Shown in pieces: positions 18,148-26,194 of a stretch of 52,582 bases of DNA. The position numbers were made by a program, and so were the translations under genes. Below the pieces are notes generated by a model, which made no database searches, was not told where the DNA came from, and was given only the letters and a program-made list of their open reading frames with translations. The DNA comes from a virus (Duplodnaviria > Caudoviricetes), in IMG/VR virus record IMGVR_UViG_3300042924_001928, positions 1-52,582 of that record; one strand, 5' to 3'. The first letter of the stretch is position 1. Every line of letters begins with the position of its first letter.

Positions 18148-18215
18148 GAACCAACGGCAGGCGGGGATGGGATCGCTTTTCGGCGGGGTAGCTACTCCCC
18201 ACCTAGCCGTGGCTC
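18148..18215 (-). ncRNA. C4-like antisense RNA (three-stem junction)
   Basis: ACGGC-TA-GGTGGGG(AGTAGCTA)CCCCGCC-GAAAA-GCG(ATCCCATCCC)CGC-CT-GCCGT; resembles my recollection of the C4 pattern GGCTAGG..GTAGCT..CCGAAAAG..CCTGCC. Confidence 0.65.
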
Positions 18216-18225
18216 GAATCAAATC

Positions 18226-18429
18226 TTAGTCTCCAAACAGGTCGGGCCGGATCTCTTTCCTGGTCACCAGACCCTGTGTTGCTTCTTCGATACGTTTGGC
18301 CAAGTAGGCGGAACACTTCGCCTTGCCGCTGATGATCGATGCCATCCACGCCTGCGTGATGCCCAGGTACTCGGCCATCTCTTTCTTGGCGCCAATTGGC
18401 TCGTCTTTGAAGTATTCGGAAAGTGTCAT
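18226..18429 (-). CDS. Cro-like (YdaS-type) HTH regulator
   Basis: 67 aa; MAEYLGITQAWMASI HTH, IEEATQGLVT...IRPDLF tail. Confidence 0.85.
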   Translation of the reverse strand: MTLSEYFKDEPIGAKKEMAEYLGITQAWMASIISGKAKCSAYLAKRIEEATQGLVTRKEIRPDLFGD

Positions 18430-18439
18430 AGTGGCATCA

Positions 18440-18469
18440 AGTTTAAGGCATTGTTGAAGACACTTTCAA
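18440..18469 (-). promoter_or_regulatory. Leftward promoter for the cro-like gene (TTGAAA-18-TAAACT) with operator; near-leaderless mRNA
   Basis: Operator TTTAA-GGCATTG-TTGAA at 18442-18458; only 10 nt between -10 and ATG, and no SD. Confidence 0.65.
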
Positions 18470-18488
18470 GTCTACATGAAAAAAGTGT

Positions 18489-18552
18489 TTGACATCAACT
18501 TGAAAAGTGAGGTCAAATAGCAGTGCGCCAATGAGGCGTTTCATTGAAAGGA
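18489..18552 (+). promoter_or_regulatory. Rightward early promoter (TTGACA-18-TCAAAT), leader hairpin and RBS
   Basis: Consensus -35 at 18489-18494; hairpin CGCC-AATGA-GGCG at 18526-18538; GAAAGGA. Confidence 0.65.
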
Positions 18553-18559
18553 ATGACTG

Positions 18560-18799
18560 ATGGAAGAGCAAAAACAGGAGCACGACGCTCCTAACCGGCT
18601 GGTCCCTTACAACACCGGCAAGGTCCTAATTGGCTCACGCTATGAGCCACCCCGCAAGTACACGATGTCCAGAGACGCCGAGATCATTCAGGCGGCCTTC
18701 CTGGGGCGTCGCCGCGGAATCATCAACAAACCCAACGTCATGACCGCCGCCATCTGGGCGATCTTTGTGTTGGCCATGGTCTTGTGGGTGACGCGATGA
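18560..18799 (+). CDS. Small protein with a C-terminal TM helix
   Basis: VPYNTGKVLIGSRYEP motif; hydrophobic C-terminus. Confidence 0.75.
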   Translation: MEEQKQEHDAPNRLVPYNTGKVLIGSRYEPPRKYTMSRDAEIIQAAFLGRRRGIINKPNVMTAAIWAIFVLAMVLWVTR

Positions 18800-18984
18800 A
18801 CGAGCGGCCAGACTTCAACCATACCGAGCAGCAGGAGTACGACGAGTGGATCTCTGATCCTGTCGCTCAGGCGGAGTACCAGAAGTGGAAACTCCGAGAC
18901 GAACTGCGAAGAGCAGGTTTACCAGACCCAATGTCAGCCTCATTCACCGAGGCGTTCACTAACTTTTTTAAGGATTGCAAATGA
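18796..18984 (+). CDS. Hypothetical protein
   Basis: ATG at 18796; ATGA overlaps at both ends. Confidence 0.65.
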   Translation: MNERPDFNHTEQQEYDEWISDPVAQAEYQKWKLRDELRRAGLPDPMSASFTEAFTNFFKDCK

Positions 18985-19625
18985 GCTTCTTCGTCACTAA
19001 CACCAGCAAAGAATTTGTTTTGGTTCCCCCGGGTTCACACTTGGCACGCTGCTACCGCATCGTTGATCTTGGCTCCCAGAAGTCTGAGTACATGGGCCGC
19101 ATCAAGCAGCTTCGCAAGATCATGATTGGTTGGGAGATCCACGGGGAAGCCGAAGACGGGACGCCGCTGTTGACCGATAAGGGCGAGCCCATGGCAATCT
19201 TCAAGAACTACACCCACTCATGGGGTGAAAACTCAACCCTTCGCAAGGATCTTCAGTCCTGGCGCGGTAAGCCCTGGACGGATCAGGAGGCAGAGAAGTT
19301 CGACATCGAGCGGCTCCTGAATCAGTGGTGCATGCTGAACGTCATCCATCGCCCGGGCCAGAACAACAAGATCTACGCCAACGTGGATTCGGTCACGCCG
19401 GTGCACCCCATCATCAAGCAGCGCGGGTTCCCTGAAGGGTTCAATGACGTTCAGGTTTTCAATCTGGAGACCCCGGACTGGGAACTGTTCGAGACGTTCA
19501 GCCAGGGCTTGAAAACGAAGATCGAGAACTCTCCGGAGTTCAAGGCACTTCGTAACCCCGGTGAGGCATCTGCCCCCAGCAAGGGCAAGAGCCTGCAAGA
19601 TCTTGACGACGATATCCCGTTCTGA
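18981..19625 (+). CDS. Putative ssDNA-binding/replication protein
   Basis: Acidic C-terminal tail LDDDIPF, as in SSBs; HLARCYRIVDLG and LRKDLQSWRG motifs. Confidence 0.7.
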   Translation: MSFFVTNTSKEFVLVPPGSHLARCYRIVDLGSQKSEYMGRIKQLRKIMIGWEIHGEAEDGTPLLTDKGEPMAIFKNYTHSWGENSTLRKDLQSWRGKPWTDQEAEKFDIERLLNQWCMLNVIHRPGQNNKIYANVDSVTPVHPIIKQRGFPEGFNDVQVFNLETPDWELFETFSQGLKTKIENSPEFKALRNPGEASAPSKGKSLQDLDDDIPF

Positions 19626-19627
19626 TC

Positions 19628-19963
19628 ATGCAGCACGACCTTTTCACACCACCCACGGGGCTTGAGATAGGTCACGCAAAGGCCCATCAAGCAGCCGAGC
19701 ACGCCGGAACTGAGTGGCAGCAGATGGCGTATCGGGCTTTCTTGGCCTATGCGAGGACGCACAAGCACTTCACAACGGAAGAGGTTAGAGAGGCTTACCC
19801 CGACCTTCCTCCTCCGCCCGACAAGCGGGCCTGGGGGCATATTGCTCTACTGGCAAAGAGAAACCAAAAAGTCGTTGGGGCTTCGTTCACCCGAGCGAAG
19901 AGTAAATCCGTTCACGGCATGGTCGTCACGCTGTGGGCATCACAAATTTGCGAGGAAGCATGA
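19628..19963 (+). CDS. Hypothetical protein, possible winged helix
   Basis: 111 aa; FTTEEVR...PPDKRAWG. Confidence 0.7.
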   Translation: MQHDLFTPPTGLEIGHAKAHQAAEHAGTEWQQMAYRAFLAYARTHKHFTTEEVREAYPDLPPPPDKRAWGHIALLAKRNQKVVGASFTRAKSKSVHGMVVTLWASQICEEA

Positions 19964-20724
19964 TCGTAGCTAGAGCATCAGAATCCCTTCACTGGTACCG
20001 CCGAGATGGCACCCCGCAGTACACGGTGAAGGCCAAAGACGGTTCCGACCGCCCGACGACCCTTAGGGACGCCAGAAAGATGGATCTGGTCCCTTCGGTC
20101 ACCACCATCATCAAATGCGCCGCCAGCCCCGGTTTAGAGGCTTGGAAGATCCAGCAGATGATGTTGGCTGCCATGACGCTGCCGCGGGCGGCCGATGAGG
20201 CAGAAGATCTGTACATCCAGCGAGTCATTGCTGACTCAAAGGAGCAAGGCAGGAAGGCGGCCGAACGAGGCACTGAGATTCACGCCGCTCTTGAGAGCTA
20301 TTTCGAGACAGGCGTACTGACGGCCTCCCATGGGAATTTTCAGTCTTCAGTTGAAGATGCCGTGATCCGGGTGTTCGGAGACCGGCACTGGAGCACAGAG
20401 AAGGCTTTTGCTCATGAGGCTGGTTTTGGCGGAAAGATTGACCTTCACACTACCGACAACGACGGTGTCGTCATCGACTTCAAGACCAAAGAATTTACCC
20501 AGGACAACATTGAAAAGATCTCTGGGTATGACGAAAACCTGATGCAGCTTGCCGCCTATCGGGTTGGTTTGAATCTTCCCCGCGCACGGTGCGCCAACGT
20601 GTTTGTTTCGGTCACCGAGCCGGGTCTAGTCAAGGTCTATGAATGGGAGCCGGAGGATCTGGACCGTGGCTGGAAGATGTTCGAGGCTCTCATGAAGTAC
20701 TGGTACGCAAAAAGCAATCTATGA
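19960..20724 (+). CDS. PD-(D/E)xK exonuclease
   Basis: PSVTTI, RGTEIH, GKIDL, IDFKT, QLAAY. Confidence 0.85.
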   Translation: MIVARASESLHWYRRDGTPQYTVKAKDGSDRPTTLRDARKMDLVPSVTTIIKCAASPGLEAWKIQQMMLAAMTLPRAADEAEDLYIQRVIADSKEQGRKAAERGTEIHAALESYFETGVLTASHGNFQSSVEDAVIRVFGDRHWSTEKAFAHEAGFGGKIDLHTTDNDGVVIDFKTKEFTQDNIEKISGYDENLMQLAAYRVGLNLPRARCANVFVSVTEPGLVKVYEWEPEDLDRGWKMFEALMKYWYAKSNL

Positions 20725-20736
20725 AAGGACTCTCAC

Positions 20737-20955
20737 ATGGCAACTAAACGCATCTATCTCGTAGCAACCCCGGACGGCACGATTCGTCTGGTCAATGCAT
20801 CCCTGCGCCAGCAGGCACTGTCTCACGTGGCCAACAGCATGTTCACCGTGCGGGTGGCATCTCAACGGGATCTGGTCGACTCCCTGCAAAAAGGCGTGCA
20901 GGTCGAAAACTACCGCGACCCTGACCAGGGCGATCTCCTGAAGGAGGGTGCATGA
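20737..20955 (+). CDS. Small hypothetical protein; candidate sRNA target
   Basis: 72 aa, AAAGGA RBS; RLVNA..RQQALSHVA. Confidence 0.8.
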   Translation: MATKRIYLVATPDGTIRLVNASLRQQALSHVANSMFTVRVASQRDLVDSLQKGVQVENYRDPDQGDLLKEGA

Positions 20956-21122
20956 AAACCGATACCTGGGGCCTCGTCTGGGTGGCCTGGACAGTGCTGG
21001 CATGGATTACGCACGTCATCGTCTCCATCAGCAGCAGCAAGTGGATTTTGCTTCTGGTCGGAGCCATCTTCTTCCCGGTTGGCTGTGTGCATGGCACCGG
21101 CGTCTGGTTTGGGCTTTTTTAG
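20952..21122 (+). CDS. Small Trp-rich membrane protein (56 aa)
   Basis: Not in the ORF track. MKTDTWGLVWVAWTVLAWITHVIV...WILLLVGAIFFPVGCVHGTGVWFGLF; AAGGAGG RBS and ATGA overlap. Confidence 0.75.
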   Translation: MKTDTWGLVWVAWTVLAWITHVIVSISSSKWILLLVGAIFFPVGCVHGTGVWFGLF

Positions 21123-21131
21123 GAAAAGAAC

Positions 21132-21332
21132 ATGACTCCAACCATGTACCTCCGGTTTGTCGAGCAAGACATTGCCGAACCCCATCCCACCCAGGCTGAT
21201 GTGTCCGTGATCAAGCGGTCGCGGGTGCTCCAGCAGTTCTGGGAAACACCCAAAGGCGCTGAGGTTCTTGAGGATGAATTCGTCAAGATTTACGGCATCT
21301 GGAGAAACATTCCACTCGTGGTGAACAAATGA
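21132..21332 (+). CDS. Hypothetical protein
   Basis: 66 aa; LRFVE...VLQQFW...WRNIP. Confidence 0.7.
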   Translation: MTPTMYLRFVEQDIAEPHPTQADVSVIKRSRVLQQFWETPKGAEVLEDEFVKIYGIWRNIPLVVNK

Positions 21333-21574
21333 CTGAAAAGAAACAGCCCAAAATTGAACTGACCCCGGAAGAGGTCAAAAATGCCTTCCGCCTTATCTAC
21401 CTGGAGGAGAACTACGCCTTTCTGGAAGATGATTTGATCAAGCTGGCTAATGGATTTATTGCGTCGGCCGAGAATAAAATTCGTAAGGCAGAATTGGCCG
21501 AGTGCGTGGAATTTGTCCGGAGCTTGAACACTCACGTGGCCAAGGCCCTGGACGAGAAGCGCAGGGTTCCATGA
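21329..21574 (+). CDS. Hypothetical protein
   Basis: 81 aa, ATGA-coupled. Confidence 0.7.
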   Translation: MTEKKQPKIELTPEEVKNAFRLIYLEENYAFLEDDLIKLANGFIASAENKIRKAELAECVEFVRSLNTHVAKALDEKRRVP

Positions 21575-21795
21575 CGCCCGAGGAGTTCATCACCGCCCTG
21601 GCTGGAGAAGGCTGGACGGCTGATCAACTCCCGGACCTTGTCGTGATCATCGGTCAGGCACAGGAAGACGCCAAGCGGTATCGTGAGATGCGGGCAAGTC
21701 TTGCATCTGGTTCCGAGACGTTCATCGCCAGAAGGAGTGATATCTGTGAAATTGATCGATTGGTTAAAGCGGCAAGAGTCAACGGACTTCTTTGA
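21571..21795 (+). CDS. Hypothetical protein
   Basis: ATG at 21571 (ATGA overlap); EDAKRYR motif. Confidence 0.6.
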   Translation: MTPEEFITALAGEGWTADQLPDLVVIIGQAQEDAKRYREMRASLASGSETFIARRSDICEIDRLVKAARVNGLL

Positions 21796-21946
21796 TTACT
21801 CCACCATCCTTTTGCGCGTGGAGGTTTTGGAGCGCGAACTTAGTGACGCCTGTCTTCATCAGGAATTCGACAAGGTTCCGGCCTTGGCCGATGAACTGGT
21901 GGAGCAGGCTTTGCTGCTCAAAAAGTGGGTCAAAACTCAAAAATGA
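21746..21946 (+). CDS. Hypothetical protein
   Basis: GTG at 21746 with AAGGAG RBS. Confidence 0.55.
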   Translation: MKLIDWLKRQESTDFFDYSTILLRVEVLERELSDACLHQEFDKVPALADELVEQALLLKKWVKTQK

Positions 21947-22167
21947 TCCTGCTCAAGATCAACAGCAGGGGTTTGCTGGAAGGCAATTGGGACGAAATTG
22001 CTGAACTGGCAGAAGCCTACGATCATGGCTGTAGGTCTGAGGAAGCCTACAAAAGCAAGATCGTCTCGTTGATTTTTGACCGCGGTTATGAGCAGGCCAT
22101 GTCCGAGATCGAAGAGGTCAATAAGCGGACCGTGCTGCTGCTGACCTGCACTGCCGGATCGGCATAA
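21943..22167 (+). CDS. Hypothetical protein
   Basis: ATG at 21943 (ATGA overlap); last rightward gene. Confidence 0.6.
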   Translation: MILLKINSRGLLEGNWDEIAELAEAYDHGCRSEEAYKSKIVSLIFDRGYEQAMSEIEEVNKRTVLLLTCTAGSA

Positions 22168-22189
22168 AAAAGCCCCGGCGAACCGGGGC
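22166..22189 (-). terminator. Rho-independent terminator at the convergence point
   Basis: Minus strand GCCCCGG-TTCG-CCGGGGC-TTTTTT. Confidence 0.85.
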
Positions 22190-22233
22190 AATCCTCTCAC
22201 ATGGCAACTGCTTGAGGCAAAGAAGACGCCTCA
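22166..22233 (-). ncRNA. Candidate trans-acting sRNA (hairpin, seed, terminator)
   Basis: 22194-22209 equals 20730-20745 (CTCTCACATGGCAACT), so the minus-strand RNA is antisense to the start region of gene 20737. Confidence 0.55.
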
Positions 22234-22242
22234 TGCTATCTC

Positions 22243-23556
22243 TTATTGAGGCTGCATCAAAGCCTCAGGAGGCACTTTGCCGCGCATCTTGTCCAAAAGG
22301 TACAGGGCCAGCGGGGAGACGGCCGAGGCACCCACCCCAATACCCCTGACGATCGGGTGCGGAACCACCGAGGCCAAACCGCCTACGGTACCCAGGCCAG
22401 ACAGCAGCATGCCGGGAATGTCCCCCTGCTTATACCGGCTGTAGAACTCCTGGCCGCTCTCAGCGGCTCCAAGACCTCCCAGGGCACCCATGGTCACCGG
22501 AGACCTTGCGACGGCTCCAGCGCCCGTTTTGGCGGCTTCAGTGACCTTTTGTAGAGCGCCGGGACCTGGAGGTTGGGGCGGAGGCCCAATCGGCACCGTG
22601 CGAGCGCCGCGAGGACCTGATCCGGTTTGCTCTGGCAAGAACAACCCAGCACGCTCGGGCACTTGACGCATTTCAGGGGCAATCTGACGGATCTTGTTTT
22701 CCGCCTGGATGGCCGCCTCTTTCATCTGATGAGCCTCGCCCATGCTGCGGGCTTTCATGCCCACGTCACGATAAGCGCCGGTTGTATCTTGAGCGCCAAT
22801 CCAGTTCTGAGTCATCTTGCCGCCAGCGGGAGGCCCTTGTAGCGGACCTTGAGGGGCAGGCAAGCCACCAGGGCGTGCCCCGGGAGCCCCGGGAGCGCCG
22901 GGAGCCATACCAGCCTGTGCCGCAGCAGCTTGAGCGCGAGCATTGGCGCCGATAGCTTTTGCGGTCTCCATGACGTCGGAACCCACTTGCAGGCCCTTGG
23001 CCGCGACAGCACCAGCCCCAGCACCCAGAACGTCGGTCATGATGCGTGTTTTCTGCTTGGTCAGATCTTCTTCTGAAACCTCAACAGGCCCCGCCTCTGC
23101 TCCAGCGTCTTCTGCCGCATCACCTTCTTCCGACACCAGAGTGAAGCCACCCAAACCCTTGATGGACTTCAGGTAGTTTTTGGTGCTCTCAGGCAAGCCC
23201 TTCTCGGGGTTGGTGAAGTAGGGATGATCATGGCCAGCGTTGTAGCCAGCCACCGCCAAAACAGGGTCGCCAAACTTGTCCAGGCCCATCTTGAGATAGG
23301 TCAGGCCAGCTTTGATGTTCTGATTGGGGTTGTCGATGTCTTCCCGTGAGAAGCCAATCATCTCGGCCGTGGTGGGCTTGATCTGCATGATGCCGATCTC
23401 ACCGGCAGCACCGGGCTTCTCAGGTGTCCGCAGTCCGCTTTCCTGATACGCCAGCGAAACGGCCAAGCGCGGATTGATTCCTAGCTGCTTGGCCTGCTTG
23501 GCGACGATCAGTGCGTTGTCGCGTTGTTCTGGATCTAGTTTGTCTACGAATTCCAT
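22243..23556 (-). CDS. Virion lytic transglycosylase (SLT) / ejection protein
   Basis: QESG, GIMQIKPTTA, AGYNAG SLT motifs; hydrophobic C-terminal hairpin. Confidence 0.85.
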   Translation of the reverse strand: MEFVDKLDPEQRDNALIVAKQAKQLGINPRLAVSLAYQESGLRTPEKPGAAGEIGIMQIKPTTAEMIGFSREDIDNPNQNIKAGLTYLKMGLDKFGDPVLAVAGYNAGHDHPYFTNPEKGLPESTKNYLKSIKGLGGFTLVSEEGDAAEDAGAEAGPVEVSEEDLTKQKTRIMTDVLGAGAGAVAAKGLQVGSDVMETAKAIGANARAQAAAAQAGMAPGAPGAPGARPGGLPAPQGPLQGPPAGGKMTQNWIGAQDTTGAYRDVGMKARSMGEAHQMKEAAIQAENKIRQIAPEMRQVPERAGLFLPEQTGSGPRGARTVPIGPPPQPPGPGALQKVTEAAKTGAGAVARSPVTMGALGGLGAAESGQEFYSRYKQGDIPGMLLSGLGTVGGLASVVPHPIVRGIGVGASAVSPLALYLLDKMRGKVPPEALMQPQ

Positions 23557-23563
23557 GTGCACC

Positions 23564-25168
23564 TCATAGGCCGAGTTCTTCTCTCAATTTGTCGCGTGAA
23601 GCACCATAGGCTCCAGGCGTGGCAGGCTGTTGTTGGCCAGCCCTGCCCTGAGGCTTAACGCCCGCACTCATAGCAATACTGGTCACACGATCCAGATAGG
23701 TGTCAACCATGCGCTGATACTGAGCCTCGTTCTTATCCTTGAAGTCATCCAAAGACATTTTGCTGCGGCGCAGTTCTTTAGCAATGTCCCGATCAAATTC
23801 GGCGCGGGCCTTGAGCATGGCCACCTTGTTGCGAATAGTCTCAGGGTTGTCTCGCGGAGAGATGCTGGCATCAGCAAACAGTTGACGCTCGAAGTTAGAC
23901 ACCGATCCTTGACCGGCAGCCAGCTTGGCTTGCTGCAACTGAATGGTGGCCATGATCGATAGGGCCGTCTGATACTTGTTGATCGTTTCCTGAGGCAGTC
24001 CAAGATTGCGGAATGCATTCTCAAGAGCGGGCACCGAAATGGTGTTGCCAGCGCCAGGAGTCTTGAGGTTCTCGGAAATCAGGTTTGCAACGAAAGAGCC
24101 GAAGTCCGGACGGTTGAAGATACCGAAGATGTCCTTGGCATCCTTACGCGCAGCAATAGAGTCCAGGGCGCGATATTGGGCCAAACGTCCAGTGACGTCC
24201 TCTGCACGCTCAATCGCAGACTGGGTACGCCCCGTCTCTGCTTCGGCCGTTTTGGTTGCCGCCGTGGTGGCTGCCTGCTGCTCTGCCGCAATCTGCTGGA
24301 CCGTGCGACGACCCGGTGCGCCAGCCTTGCCAGCACGCCAGTTCTTCATCCACTCTTCGCCCTGCCCAGCCTCCGCGGCCTTTACGAACTGCGAATACTC
24401 GTAGGGCAGCATGCGGAAGGTTCCGTATGGCGTCTCAAAGTCTTCCTGCTTCTGGCCGGGAACCGGGATGTCCACATACTGTTTTGTGGCCTTATCGAAC
24501 ACTGTGCCATTCATTGCGATGGCGTATCGATCCTGCTCGGCCCTGAGCATGTCGCTAAGAATCTTGGCCCGACCTTCCATGCCAGGACGAGATGCCAGCA
24601 TGGCAATGTCTCGTGGCGTGATGTTGGTAAACCCAGGTGGGGCGCCTTCTGCTTGCTGTCGGCCGGGAGGCAATTGAGCAGCGCCAGCCGCCGCACCAGG
24701 AGCACCAGGAGCGCCAGCAGGAGCACGCGCAGCGCCTGGAAGCTCTGATTTCAGAACCGAGAAACCGCCGGGAGTCTCGACAAACTCGTCTGCGGCACCA
24801 GGAGCGCCGGGCGGCTGGCCGCCAAGTATGCGGCGAAACTCTTGTTCACCGCGGGCAGCTTGACGCATGCCAAGCTCGCCTTGAGCCAGTTCCAGGCGCA
24901 TCTTGGCCAGTTCTGTTTCTCGCTTAGTCTCGGCCTCTTGAGCGGGGCCTACAAGCGCAGCAACGTTGCCGATCGACTCGCCAAATGATCCGGTCTTGGT
25001 AGGCGCCAGGAAGCCCTGAGCCATGGCCAAAAGCACAGGGTCAAATAGTTGCTTGCGATTGTCTAACGCGCCACGGAGCTTGGAATAGGTATCCTTGATC
25101 TCGCCAACAAGACGCTCTTCTTCGGCGTCTTCGGCGTAGAGGGAAGCCAATGGGGCTTTAGTTGCCAT
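23564..25168 (-). CDS. Putative internal virion/ejection protein
   Basis: 534 aa, helical, Ala/Gly-rich; LAMAQGFLAPTKTGSFGESIG; position in the ejection gene cluster. Confidence 0.65.
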   Translation of the reverse strand: MATKAPLASLYAEDAEEERLVGEIKDTYSKLRGALDNRKQLFDPVLLAMAQGFLAPTKTGSFGESIGNVAALVGPAQEAETKRETELAKMRLELAQGELGMRQAARGEQEFRRILGGQPPGAPGAADEFVETPGGFSVLKSELPGAARAPAGAPGAPGAAAGAAQLPPGRQQAEGAPPGFTNITPRDIAMLASRPGMEGRAKILSDMLRAEQDRYAIAMNGTVFDKATKQYVDIPVPGQKQEDFETPYGTFRMLPYEYSQFVKAAEAGQGEEWMKNWRAGKAGAPGRRTVQQIAAEQQAATTAATKTAEAETGRTQSAIERAEDVTGRLAQYRALDSIAARKDAKDIFGIFNRPDFGSFVANLISENLKTPGAGNTISVPALENAFRNLGLPQETINKYQTALSIMATIQLQQAKLAAGQGSVSNFERQLFADASISPRDNPETIRNKVAMLKARAEFDRDIAKELRRSKMSLDDFKDKNEAQYQRMVDTYLDRVTSIAMSAGVKPQGRAGQQQPATPGAYGASRDKLREELGL

Positions 25169-25170
25169 GA

Positions 25171-26184
25171 TCAGCCGCCTCCTTCACCTTCGTAGTAATC
25201 GTAGCCAAAATCGCCAGAGTCATCGGAGCCGTAACTCCCGCCCGACTCCCAATCACCGCTATCGTTGCCGTAGTCGCCTTGATATTCCGGGAATTGCTCA
25301 GGCAGCTTTTCACCGAACTTGCCAAGCCAGTCAATGAATTTGTTGCCGATTGCGCCTTCCTTACCGAAGGCAGCGCCAACCAAAGATCCCAGGCCAGCGA
25401 TTTGCGACAGGGGAGACGGGCCGTAAGCGGATGCAGGGCCCACATACTTCTCGGTCGTAGACGTCGGGTAGGTGTATCCGCGCAGCAACTGAGCCACATT
25501 CAGTGCACGGGTCAGCGGCGCCTCAATCATTGCTTGGTTGTAGGCTTGCTCTTGCTGGCCAAGCTCGGCCTGAGTCTTTAAACCGGAAGCGGCGGCCTGC
25601 TGCTCGGCAGATCCCAACCCTGCAAGAGCTTGAGACGCTTGAGTCTGGAGACCCCTACTGCGAAGAGCCGCATCGAGGGCAGAAGTAAACCCGGCGGAGC
25701 GGAGCTTTGCCTGCTCGCCCAACAAATTCGATTCAATGTCTGCCAAAGCCTGCCCTGTTGCTCCGGCATATCGACGGCTACCGAATCCGCCGGTACCGGC
25801 AAACGCGCCACGCAGCATAGGCATGACGTTGCGCTGCACATTCAGTGCACTTTGACGAGCCATCTCGTCGACGACGTCCTGCTGATACGGGTTGTAGAAG
25901 GCGGAGATGTCTTGAGCCGTAACACCGGCCGCACCGGCTCGACCGGCTGCCAGTGCTTCATCCATCGGTGTTTGATACCGGGTTAAAGCACCGGGGGCCG
26001 CGGCGTACACGTCCTTGGTCAGTTGACTCTGAGGGGCCACCAACTGCTGGCCGGTCATGCCAAGTTGACCGGTTCCCTCCGAGGCTAGCTTGGTGAGATA
26101 GTCGGTAAGGTATTGAGGCGCCGTCGCGGTTGCGGTTTTGGTCGTCTCGATGTTCGGCGGGGCACTACCCTGAAATAAGCTCAT
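25171..26184 (-). CDS. Putative DNA-ejection (pilot) protein
   Basis: FYNPYQQDVV, GGFGSRR, Ala/Gln/Gly-rich, SPLSQIAGLGS. Confidence 0.7.
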   Translation of the reverse strand: MSLFQGSAPPNIETTKTATATAPQYLTDYLTKLASEGTGQLGMTGQQLVAPQSQLTKDVYAAAPGALTRYQTPMDEALAAGRAGAAGVTAQDISAFYNPYQQDVVDEMARQSALNVQRNVMPMLRGAFAGTGGFGSRRYAGATGQALADIESNLLGEQAKLRSAGFTSALDAALRSRGLQTQASQALAGLGSAEQQAAASGLKTQAELGQQEQAYNQAMIEAPLTRALNVAQLLRGYTYPTSTTEKYVGPASAYGPSPLSQIAGLGSLVGAAFGKEGAIGNKFIDWLGKFGEKLPEQFPEYQGDYGNDSGDWESGGSYGSDDSGDFGYDYYEGEGGG

Positions 26185-26194
26185 ATTTAGCTCC

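Noticed and set aside
18148-18215. tRNA gene
   Set aside because: Only three stems, with no T-loop (TTCG/TTCA) motif or 7-nt anticodon loop; a C4-like RNA fits better
19960-20724. Cas4 or CRISPR-associated nuclease
   Set aside because: Lacks the four-Cys cluster; it fits an ordinary phage PD-(D/E)xK exonuclease next to an SSB-like gene
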